Shown here in pieces: positions 37,401-49,400 of a stretch of DNA of 64,000 nucleotides. This stretch comes from Callorhinchus milii (Eukaryota): NCBI RefSeq assembly GCF_018977255.1, contig NW_024704743.1:16556001-16620000 (forward strand), written 5' to 3'. How positions within the stretch are numbered: the first letter of the stretch is position 1; every line of letters begins with the position of its first letter. The translations under genes were made by a program, and so were the position numbers. Below the pieces are notes generated by a model, which saw only the letters and a list, made by a program, of their open reading frames with translations, was not told where the DNA came from and did not search any database.

Positions 37401-40400
37401 CACCTACATATGGAAATTCCAGAAATATTGGAATTAGATTTCTCCACATTTCCTCCCCTAGCCCCCACTGTGGTGCTGACTGTTAAGATTTTATTTGTCC
37501 TTGTAACTATATATTCACCATCTTTGTTCAGACTTTCTTCAAATAATAATATACTAGCATTTGATGTAGCGCATTATCACGTTGTTGAGACGTCTCAAAG
37601 AGCTTCACAGAATATACTGTAAAGTGAATTGACTGTATATTTTCTGGGCGAAACGCAGCAGCCAATTGCATACAGCAATGTCCCACAAACAATTGTGGAT
37701 TGAGTGACCAGATTATTATTTCTTTTTTTTTGAACAACCGGAAAAAAATGATGGCGGGCTTGGAAGAGGGGAGGGGAATGTGGGAGGAGAGGGAGATCAG
37801 GAAGTGGTCTGAGATGGCCTTGTCCATGATAGACAGGTCGGAAATGCCAAGGCCATGTGATGGCGAAGTAGAGGGAGTGGCCACGGTTATGGGCCGGCGA
37901 GTTGATGTGGAGGATGAGGTTTAAGGAGGAGAGGAGGGCAGTGAAATCCGAAGAGGTGGTGCAAGGGCAATTTAGGTGGAGGTTGAAATCATCCATTATG
38001 AGCAGGTGTTCAGTGCAGAGGCACAGGGATGAGAGGAGATATCGGTGAGGATGTAGCAGGAGGTTTGGGGGGGCGGTAAATTAGGAGGATTTTGAGGGAG
38101 AGAGAGGAGAGATGGTAGAGGGTGAGGTGCTCAAAAGAGGAGAAACAGCCAGAGGAATAAGGGGATAGACTAAGGGAAGCTTGGAAGATGAGGGCCACCC
38201 TGTCACCATGTTGGTTGGGGCGGGTGGTGTGGTAAAAAGTGTAGCCAGGATGGGAGGCTTCAACGAGGGGGATGGGGTTACTGGGGGAGAGCCAGGTTTC
38301 TGTTCGATCAAGAATATCAATGAGCTCATCCAGGATGAGGTCATGGATAGTCAGGGCTTTGTTGGAGAGAGCGGACATTTTGGAGGGAAATGTGGCTAGG
38401 TATACTGGTAAGCGGCGGTGATGGGGAGAGTGGTATAGAGAGGATTTGGGATTGTGGGATAGAATTGACCATGGAGTTTGAGGAGTAGGGAGAGTAGGAG
38501 AGGATATGGATGAGGGAGAGGGAAGGGGTGTTTGCCTTTCAGAGGCGGTTGCTGCAAAAAGAGTGAGCTATGCGACAGTTGGGGTGGCTGCTCTGGGACA
38601 ATCAATGCCGGGAGCCAGGATGGGCCTGGCGGAGGATACACAGGGTGGAGCACAGGGAGGTAATGGTGGGATCCAGGAGAGAGAGAAGGAGAGGAGGGCG
38701 GTGGGAGAGAAGGACAACAACAACAACAACAAGATTGCATTTATAGAGCGCCTTTCATGTCAGGAGGACGTCCCAAGGCGCTGGACAGTTGTGTCGGGAC
38801 CCCAGCAGAGGGGAAATGGTCAGGGTGAGGGGAGGGAAGGGAGGGAGCGAGGAGAGGGTAGACAGTCGAAAGGGGAGGTGAAGACACGGTTGAAGAGAAA
38901 GGTCTTGAGAACGGCCTTGAAGGAGGAAAGGGAGGAGGCGGCGAAGGCACTGGGAGATAGAGTTCCAGAACCTCGGGGCTGAGAGGCTGAAGGCCCGGCC
39001 ACCGATGGTAGGGCGGTTGGGGCGGGGGATGTGGAGCAGACCGGAGCCAGAGGAACGGAGGGTACGGGCAGGTAGGTAGGGGGATAGTAGGTCGGAGAGG
39101 TAGGAGGGTGCAAGGCCGTGAATGGCCTTGTAGGTGAGGATGAGGATCTTGAATTCGATCCTCTGGGGGATGGGGAGCCAGTGGAGGCGAGCGAGGGTGG
39201 GAGTGATGTGGTCCCGAAGCCTGGTGCGGGACAGTACACGAGCTGCAGAGTTCTGAATGACCTGCAGCTTGTGGAGGGAGGTGCCGGGAAGGCCGGCGAG
39301 GAGAGAGTTCCTGTAGTCCAGCCTTGAGGTGATAAAGGCGTGGACCAGAGTTTCAGCAGCGTGAGGGGTGAGGTAGTGCCGTAGTCACTGGTGCCGTAGT
39401 GCCGTACTCCGGCGATGTTCCGGAGGTGATGGAAGGCAGTGCCAGCTGTGGCGCGGATGTGGGGAAGAAAGGACAGCTCAGGGTCGAACAGAACACCGAG
39501 GTTCCTGACTGGCTTTGAGAGGTGGAGAGTGCAGCCTTGGATGCTGATGCTGTCAGCGCCTGAGGTGCGGAGGCGCTGACGTGAGCCAATCAGGAGGGCC
39601 TCAGTTTTGTGCACGTTGAGCTGAAGAAAGTTGTCTCTCGTCCAGGACTCGATGTCGGACAGGCAGCTGTCAGGACATCGGTGGTCGTGGAGTTGAGGGT
39701 AGAGAAGGAAAGGTAGAGTTGGGTGTCATCCGCATACATGTGGAAGTTAACCCCATGTCTGTGGATGATGTCACCAAGGGGGAGCATATAGAGGGTGAAG
39801 AGGAGGGGACCGAGGACAGAGTCCTGAGGGACACCGCACGAGACAGTGCGGGGGCCGGAGGAAAAGCCGTTTGCAGAGACAAAATGAAGACAGTGGGAGA
39901 GGTAGGACCTAAACAGAGTGGGATTAGTGGAGTGTGGGCCTGGGAGCAGGAACATTTTCAGGGAGAATGGCTCAGGTCGGGGCGGTAGTCAAACCGCCCA
40001 AAGAGCGACTGGGAGCAAGCGATCAGCGGTGAAGCATCAGCCTGTGGGCTATGGGGGAAAGTGCGGGGGTGGAGAGGGGGGATGGTAGTCATGGCTTAGG
40101 TGCCAGAGATTGGGAAGGAAGGGAGGACAGGGTAGCAGAGGGCTACTAGAATATACACTATACTTACCCTACCCTGGCGGATTTGAAAAAGGCGCCAGGA
40201 ATTGGATGTGTAGAATCATTCAAGTAAATCTACATCCCAAGACCCCGGCTGTAATATGTGTGCCCCACCGTGTTGTTTTTAATAATCTTTCATATTAAAT
40301 TACATAATGCCATATATATTCTTTTGCATTGCATTTTGCACAAATAATGTACATAAGGGGGATGATCAAATTAAATAATCCTCTATTTTCCTCCCTATAA

Positions 40401-43400
40401 AGGAGAGTAAGGAGTCTGAGGTGCAGGAGTCAGCTGTGAGTGCTGTGACTGAGAGTACTGAGGCATGTAAATGCATTCCACTATATTGCCACATCAACCT
40501 GTCCGTTCCCTCCGCTCAGCAGGTTCTGGCCTGCTCCATATCCCCCACCCAGCCCAGCATCCCCCAACCACCCCCCCCACCATCGGCCGTCGGTCCTTCA
40601 GCCTCTCTGCCCCACCCTTTGGAACTCCATCCAACATTCCCTTCACCTCGCTCCCTCCCTTGCCTCCTTCAAGGCACATCTCAAGATCCTCCTCTTCGAC
40701 CGTAACTTTAGCCGCCCTCCTACCCCTACCCTCCCTGCCCTCCACCCCTCCTGATTCCAACTACTTGCCCGGGTCCAAATCCCTGACTGCCCAGTGCCTT
40801 GGAATGTCCTCACGACGTGAAATGCGCTATACAAATGTAATTTGTTGGTGTAAATGCAATTTGTTGTTGTTGTTCATTATATTGAACAACTTGGAGTCCT
40901 GTAGCTCAGTGGTTAGAGCACTCACCTTGCAAGCGAGACACCTGGGTTCAATTCCAGGCAGAGCGAAACCTTGGGCAAGTTTCCTTACTCCACACAGCTA
41001 ATAATAATCCCTCCAAAACAAAAACAATAATAAATTGGTCATTTTCAATCCACGACCGTTTGTGGGACACTGCTGTGCACAATTGGCTGCCACGTTTTGC
41101 CCATAAATATACAGTCAATTCACTCTACAGCATATTCTGTGAAGGGCTTTGAGACGTCTAGAAGATGTGAAAAGTGCTATATCAAATGCAAGGATCATTA
41201 TTATTATTATTACTATTATCAACTTCCAGTCTTCACTCTGTAATTGCTCTTGCGTAAAGTCCACTTTGTTACTATCAGCCTGGTTCGGTTAACAGCATTT
41301 TCGCTTCTGAGTCAGAAAGTTATGGATTTAAACTCCATGTCGGGACTTGAACTAGTAATAATAATAATCCTTGCCTTTGATATAGCGCCTTATCATGTCT
41401 TTGAGACGTCTCAAAGTACTTCACAGAATATATATAAAGTGAATTGACTGTATATTTTGTGGGCGAAACTCTGCAGCCGATTGTGCACAGCAATGTCCCA
41501 CAAACAGTCGTGGATTGAGTGACCAATTTTATTACAATTAAATTATTATTATTATTAAAGTAATGCAGTGTGAGGGGTGTGCTGTATTGTTTTGATGCTG
41601 TCCTTCAGATGAGACATTAAACTGAGGCCCCGTCTGCCTGTTCAGGTGGATGCCAACAATCGCCTAAATATAATTTTGTCAATTACTTTATGGCTGTTTG
41701 TTGGACAGTACTATGTGCAAATTCTCTGTTGGTTTGCCCTCAAATACACAGTAACTTCACATTAAATCCTGTGAAGCGCCTTGTGACGTCCTCCTGACAG
41801 GAAAGGTGCGATACCAAATGCAAGAATTATTATTATATTACCATTACTTTAGCCGGCCCAACATCCCTTAGCATATTATTATTCTTACCCACATTAACTC
41901 TGCCTTTAGCCCCATGACCACCATCCTCAGTTTTCACTGTCTCCTTTGGACAATTGTCTACAAAACCTCGACAAAGTTGAAAGTGAATTAAATAATTTGC
42001 CAAATTCTGGATGTTCTGAAAACACTACATAAATAGAGTAAATCTAGAATCAGGTTAAATTTCCCCCAATTTGTTTTTACTTGTGGTGCTAAAGCAGGGG
42101 TAATCACCCCCCCACATCTTATTGTGGGCATAGTAATAAGCTGGCCGATCCAGAAATGTCCTTTAAAGCCCTCCATTATCAAGTGACAGGCCTAACCTGC
42201 AGCTGTCAATAGAAACCTACACCCTGGCATCAATATATCCTAAGCTCACACAGCACCTTGGGACGTCCTCCCGACATGAAAGGCGCTATACAAATGTAAT
42301 CTTGTTGTTATTGTTACTGTGTCATTCTTTATGTGATCATTGATTTGTTGTTTGGCACTGTGTTTTTCACAGGATAATATTAATAAGAGGGATGATCAAA
42401 TAACACCCTATTTATTTTCCTTCCTATAAAGGAGAGTAAAGATGCAGAGGTGCAGGAGTTAGCTGTAAGCACTGTGACTGAGAGCGCTGGGGTATGTAAA
42501 CGCTGCCTGATGCCTGCATTATATTCAGTTTATCATCATACACACTTTGTTTCCTTTTTAGTTTTTGGTCAGACAGGTATCTATCTGACACTTGTAGAAA
42601 CCCATCTCTATACTTAAGAGAATCCAGACCAGACTGAGAGTACATATTGTATGCTAACTATACATGGAAATTTCCCTGTGGCATGAGATGTGCATTATTT
42701 CTCTCTCCCTTTTGAGGGACAACTCTGTTAGGTCAGTATTAGGCACAAATTGGTGAAAGCTAAGGCTTGGGGATCTCAGCGTAAGTGTAACCACCTAAAA
42801 CTGAGTAGCTTGCCATTGAGAGCACTGCTGACAAGCTTCCTGCTGCCTATCCAGCTGGGACCACCCTAACCCATTACGGCTGTTGTTTGCAGGGTTAATG
42901 GGAATAGAGTGGGTGACTCCCTGCCCACAATGACTGGTCTGCACATTCAAGTCCTCCCGATGTGCCAAGCTGGCTGGTCTGTCATCACTAGTGTCTTGGA
43001 CTATTACAGACCAGCTTGGCTTAGGAACCTTGACCACCACAAAAGATTGACTCGATTCTGACATTCTGTTGACATGCGTGCCACCTTGGAGCCAACTCAG
43101 ATCCAAAGAGATCCCATTTACCTCATCTACTAATGATGGTCACTAGGAGGATAGTCACTAGTTGGTCATTACAATAAAATAATTGTCAGTAACCTCAGCT
43201 ATACCACACGCTAATGATTAATGAATGGAACAGCTTCTTGTCTGTTACAGTACAATAGTTAGTTATGTTTCCAGATTGGTAGAGCGATCTGTAAAGGATA
43301 CAAGGGAATTAGAGTAATGATTTTCTGCTCATCCATCCAATTATAATTCCCATAATGCTACCTAGGTCTTTAAATTTGACCCACAATATACAACAACTCT

Positions 43401-46400
43401 GATTATAACTGAGAAAGGGGGGGTGAGAATAGATATGATGAAATAGTCTGAACATCTTTCAAACTTTATGACTCATTTGGTTGTGAAAGATCAATGCTTT
43501 ACAGAACTGATGAGGAACAGGAGAATCACAAACAAGGAAACTCACTGGAGACCTCCTGGAGATGTTTCTCCGAAAGCTGGAAACTGATCTTTATTAATAA
43601 TTACTAATAAAATCAAAACATAGTACCCCCTTTCCAATGTTTTCCTGCTGTTTTACACTATCCAGTTTCATAAAATATGCATATCTCGGCAATAATTTTT
43701 TTTTCATCTTGTGGTGTCCTTGTTAAATAAATCATAGAATCGCAGCTGTTGACTCAGGCATATTCTGGTATAGCACAAGGGAACAGTGCTGTACAATGGA
43801 AGACGTGTGCTTCAGTCTTAATAAAGGACATCATAAAATGTGGCAGAAAACATGTGCCGTGGTTTGAAAATATTTGCAGGCTGTGTCTGTAAGACCTTGT
43901 TGGCATTGTTCAGAGCATCAGTGGCTGTGGCCAGGGGCACCACACAAGCTGTGGCTGTGTTGCTCTGGGCGGGGATTGCTTTTGCATGAAAGGCTGACAA
44001 CGCTAACCAGAGGTGCAGTGCATGAAGTGCGCCAACGTTAAAGTGAGGTGCTGCACCGTACGCTCAGGATGTGCATTTGATAAACATAGTGGAAAATATG
44101 CTTCAGTGTGTTTCATGTAACCGATGTCCTTGATGCCTTGCTCTCAACATGTTACTGCCAGCAGCTAATGTCCTCTCAGTAAGTGTACGAATGATTGCAC
44201 TTTGTGGTCCAGCCTAATTATTTGTGAACAGATTCTTTCTTCCAGATGGTAGCCATGTATAGTCAGAGCACAGTACAAGCTGAGTGAGGTAAAGAGGTGC
44301 TTTCAATTCAATCTTGATCTTTACAGAATTTGGTGCCTGAGCCTGAGGCTGAAAAAGACAAGATACATGCTGAAGACTCAGAGGCATCACAGGTACTGGC
44401 CTAGTGTTTAATCCCTAATACATCCAGTTCATCCCTTAGATTTGTTTGTGGGACATTGCTGTGCTCAAATTGGCTTCCGTGTTTGCCTATGAAATACACA
44501 GTCATTCCATTTTACATTATATCCTATGAAGCTGTTCCAGATATCCTCCCAACATTAAACAACACAACTTTCATTTATATAACGTGAGGTAAGAACAACA
44601 AATTACATTTGTATAGCGCCTTTCAAGTCGAGAAGACGTTCCAAGGCGCTGGACAATCACGGGTTTGGACCCAAGCTGGTGGTTGGGATCAGGAGGAGTG
44701 GAGGATGGGGAGGGTAGGCATAGGAGGGTGACTGATGGCATAGTCGAAGAGGAGGGTCTTGAGACGGGTCTTGAAGGAGGCAAGGAAAAGGGTTAGGTGG
44801 TGGGACTGTGGGATGGAGTTCCAGAGGATGGGGGCAGAGAGGCTGAAGGCCCGCCCACCAATGGTGGAGGGTGTAAGGCAGTGGACATGAAGCAGGCTGG
44901 AGTTTGTCTATTGGAATTGAATCACTTCTTTGAGCGGATGAAGCAGAATACCCTCTTCCCCCAATCTACTGGACAACAATAATTTACAGTGATTTAGCAC
45001 CTTTCATGTCAGAGGACATCTCAAACGTTTGACATTGCTGACTGGTGAGTTGGATGGAGGGGGAAGCTGAGCAGGGTGGAGTGGGGCGGAGGGAAGGTGA
45101 CTGAAAGTATAGTTGAAAAGGTAGGTTTTAAGGCAGGTTCAAAGGTTGGAGGGCATGGGTGAGGTGGAAGGACTCCGGGATGGAGTTTCTGAGAGCGGGG
45201 CAGAATGACTGTATAGTCTGTAAGCATAGTCACCTGGGTGTCTGACACATGCAGAGAGCCATCACCATTGCTTGAGAGTATCCAAACCAAACTGAGCATT
45301 CCATGTATCTCACCTATTCATGGAAATTCCAGAGATATTTATTGGAATGGAATGTGTATTAGGCGCATGTTGGCAAGAGCTAAGGTTTAGGTCCCAAGCC
45401 TTGATTTTTCTCCCAATTTCCTTTTCCCCACTCCTTAAAAGCTTTGGGTGTACTGCTGGGGTCAAACCAGCTTGCTGTCGAAAGCACTTGTGGCAAGCAA
45501 GTAAGCAAATAGATACTGTAGTGGATAGAAAATAGATATTGCACTTCACGTTAAGGGGAAAAAGCAGCAACCTCCCGGGATGTTTCAAAATGCAAGAATG
45601 ATTCTGTCTGAGTATGATTCTTTACACAAAGGTGACATTGCTTTAGCAATTTGCTATTGATTCTCACAGTGTATGGGGCAACAGAGCTTACTCTATGTGA
45701 AGGGTGCTATATAAATGTAAGTTGTTGTTGTCAGGTTGTTTCTGATAGAGTTATTGTACATTGTCTGTAGTCGCAACACTTTGGCAGGATAATTAATGCA
45801 CTCATGCACTCAGGATCAGTAACTGAAAAACACAGTGAAAAACATGGTCCAGACAGGAATAACTTATAGTGGAATTTATTATCTCTCGGATTCTGGATGT
45901 CTCTTGCATATAATAGAAATATTTGCATTCTTTTTTCTGCTCAACATAACCTGAGAGAATCTAGGAACTGCTTGACAAGCATTTTAAAAGCAAATTGTGG
46001 AGCAATTGATTTTTCTCCCAATTTCCTCTCCTCCACCTCCAGAAAGGATGTTAAGTCTTTTTCATCCCACTAGGATATGTTTTTTCAGGCACTGGTTGTT
46101 CATGTGTTTCATGTTTCCTCAATATTATACCCAACAAGGACAAACCTTAATTTAGACAGTCTCTCCAAAATCCAGTCTGAGTGGTGTTAACACAGGGCAA
46201 TTGGAAATGCACAGCACTGTGCCCTTTAAGGAGCGTTTTATTCAAATTTATGTTTTTAATTTCTTTGTGTTCCCAGGAAAAGGTTGTGCTTCCTTCGGTG
46301 GTCATTGAGCCGGCATCAAACAGCGAGACTGAGGCTGAAGGTACTCTGAGCATTGTTGAGAATGAAACTCCAGAGTCACAAGAAGACCACACACAAGACA

Positions 46401-49400
46401 AGGATATGAAGTCAGATGTGGATCCCAGTGCACAGGAGATGAAACCAGTGGAGGAGGTGAAGCCAGAGCAGGAGGTCAAACCAACACAAGAGGTCAAGCC
46501 GGCCGGAGAAGAGGTCAAGCCGGCCGGAGAAGAGGTCAAGCCGGCCGGAGAAGAGGTCAAGCCGGCCGGAGAAGAGGTCAAGCCGGCCGGAGAAGAGGTC
46601 AAGCCGGCCGGAGAAGAAGTCAAGCCGGCCGGAGAAGAGGTCAAGCCGGCTGGAGAAGAGGTCAAGCAGGATGGACAAAAAGTCAGTGTAGGAGCCCCGA
46701 GCGCTCCTCAGCAGCAAAGTGAGCCTAAAACTGAAGTTGGAGGGGTGCAAGGCATGCCTGCTAATTTTCAGTTTAAGGTAAGTTTTTACCAGTTATCTAT
46801 TTTAGTAGTGTCAGAACACGACCAGAGAACAACCTGAGTTACATTTATGCAAGTCTGTCAAAAATATCACTAAAAACAAAAGGTACTTGGGTTTCCAGCA
46901 AGTTCTAGTTACTTTTTCTATTTTTGCTGCAGATTGAAAATACATGTGTTCACTTATGTTATGGTCCATGGATTAATATCACATTGACCATCACTGAGAG
47001 ATGTTATCTGGTGGCATTTTCTTTCAGGTTAAAGCACTCCATAATTTTGATGCTGCCAGTGAAGATGAGCTTAACATGGAGCCAGGAGACATTGTTCTGG
47101 TGATTCTATCAGACAAAGTAGAAGAGCAGGTAAGCAGAAAACAAGCTCTATTTTTAGGGGGTCAGCCAAGTGTTTGGCACATGCGGAAACCCATCACCAT
47201 GAGTATCCAATCCAAAATAAAAGCTCCATGTATCCCACCTACACATGGAAATTCCAGAGATAGATTGTTCGAATGGAATGGGCACTGGCTCCTTGGAGGA
47301 ATGCTTGCTGCTTACCTAATTCTGGAAAGTATTAGAGCATGCATTGGGGTACTGCCTGAATTTAACCAGCTAAAACCACATAGGTTGCCATTGATATCAC
47401 TATTGGCAAGCTTTCCTGCTGCTTGTCCAGCTAGGAACACCCGACCTTTAGGGCTTTGGCTTGCAGGGATAACAGGAGCTGTGTGGCAGGATTCCTTGCC
47501 CCCAGTGATTGGTCTACTCTTCCAAGTCCTGCCACTGAACCAGTATGTGCGGTTATCAACAGTACCCTGGAATACTGCGGACACAGTCGATCACGCCATC
47601 CTCCACCGCCTTTCCTCCGTCATTCACCTCAGTGGGACCGCACTCGCCTGGTTCGAGTCCTACCTCACAAACCGCCAGCAGTACATCTGCACAAACGACT
47701 TCTCCTCTCGCTCTCACCCGGTCACCTGTGGGGTACCCCAAGGATCCATCCTTGGCCCCCTCCTCTTTCTGATCTACATGCTCCCTCTTGGGGATGTCAT
47801 CCGGAGACATGGGGTACATTTCCACATGTATGCAGATGACACCCAACTCTATTTTTCCACTTCTCTTGATGTTCTGTCAGCCTGCCTGTCAGATCTCAGA
47901 TCTCACTTCTTTCAGCTGAACGTTGACAAGACAGAAGCCATACTCTTTGGCTCTCATCAACATCTAAAATCTCACGGCTCTCATCTTTTCCATCTATCTG
48001 ACCTCCCCCTAAAACTCTCCGAACCCGTACGCAACCTAGGGATCAGGTTCAACCCCCAATTATCCTTCCTCCCCTGCATCCAATTGCCTTTGTTCCTCCG
48101 AGTCTGGCCTCCTCATTATCCCCCGAATCCTCCACTCCACTCTCGGTGGCCATACCTTCAGCCACTATGCCCCGAGGCTCTGGAGCTGCCTTCCTCACTC
48201 CCTTCGTCTCGCTCGCTCCCTTCCCATTCTCATATCTCTGCTGAAGACATTTCTTTTTGACTGCGCTTTTGATCACCTTCCTCCCCATCCTCCTGGCTCG
48301 GCCCCGGGATCCGTTACTGTAAAGCTCTCTGAGATGCCGTCCGGTGTGGCGGGCGCTATATAAATCCAAGTTGTTGTTGTTGTTGACCCACCTGGCTCAA
48401 GATCTACTAAGACCGCCACAGAGCTTGATTCCCACATTCCGTTGCCATCTTACAGCCAGTTCACCTCCAAGTTTAGAGGCTTACCTCCCAACCCAACTTA
48501 CCTCCCAAAACAAGCACGAAACATACCCCTTTATCTTCTCACAGAAATGTTTCTTCACCAAAATCTTCTATCACATTTTCGGTCTTTCTTAAATATAATT
48601 TTCGGACTATATTGAGGATACGTGATTCAAAATCTACAGAATTTAGCGATATCCACTCAAGAGAATTCAGTAATTATACTGTCACAGTAAGGTGACAGTA
48701 TACAGTAAGGTACTGTATACAGTAAAGTCACAGAGGCAAAGTCCATTGTGGGGTTCAGATGGAATTGGACAGGTGTGGAATCCTCTAGCATAGTAGTTAG
48801 CACCCTCGACTCGCAAGCGAGAGAACTTGAGTTTAATTTCTGGGTGGGGCAAAATCTTGGGCAAGTTTCCTTATTCCACATGCCTCTGTTAACCTAGCAG
48901 TACATAGGAACCTGGTTATTAGTCTTTCTTAAATATTATTTTCAGACTATATTGAGAATATGTGATTCAAAATCAACAGAATTTCAAGATTATTATCATT
49001 ATATTATTATTAGTGATTGGTGGATCACTTTCCAGGGTAACAATCCCTTCAAAAAACAATAATAATAATGGTCACTCAATCCACGACTGTTTTTGGGACA
49101 CTGCTGTGCGCAATTGGTTGCTGTGTTTCACCCACAAAATACACTCAATTCATAATATATTCTGTGAAGTGCTTTGAGATGTCTCAATGACGTGATAAGG
49201 CGCTATATCAAATGCATAGGTTATTATTATTAAATAAAGATTAGAGGCTTGAAGGGGTGTGAGGAAATGGAGGGCAGTTGGATTGAAAGTGTAGCTTGCT
49301 CTGAGAGTCGGTGCAGACTCAGTCGGCCGATGGCCTCCTTCTGCCCTGTAAATTTCTAAGATTCTATCATTCCTGTGCACATTAGGAATCACGATTTCAG

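Noticed and set aside
37740..39890. One intact autonomous L2 element
   Set aside because: The endonuclease part lies downstream of the RT and tail on the coding strand and both have frameshifts, so these are two separate defective insertions.
43495..43560. Purine-rich segment after tttacag as an extra exon or a hammerhead (ctgatga)
   Set aside because: Immediate TGA in phase 0, no donor, and no stem II pairing.
46490..46666. CRISPR-like array
   Set aside because: No spacers; eukaryotic coding tandem repeat.
46147..46750. Antisense ORFs with TSSPAGL / LDLFSGR repeats
   Set aside because: Shadows of the coding minisatellite.
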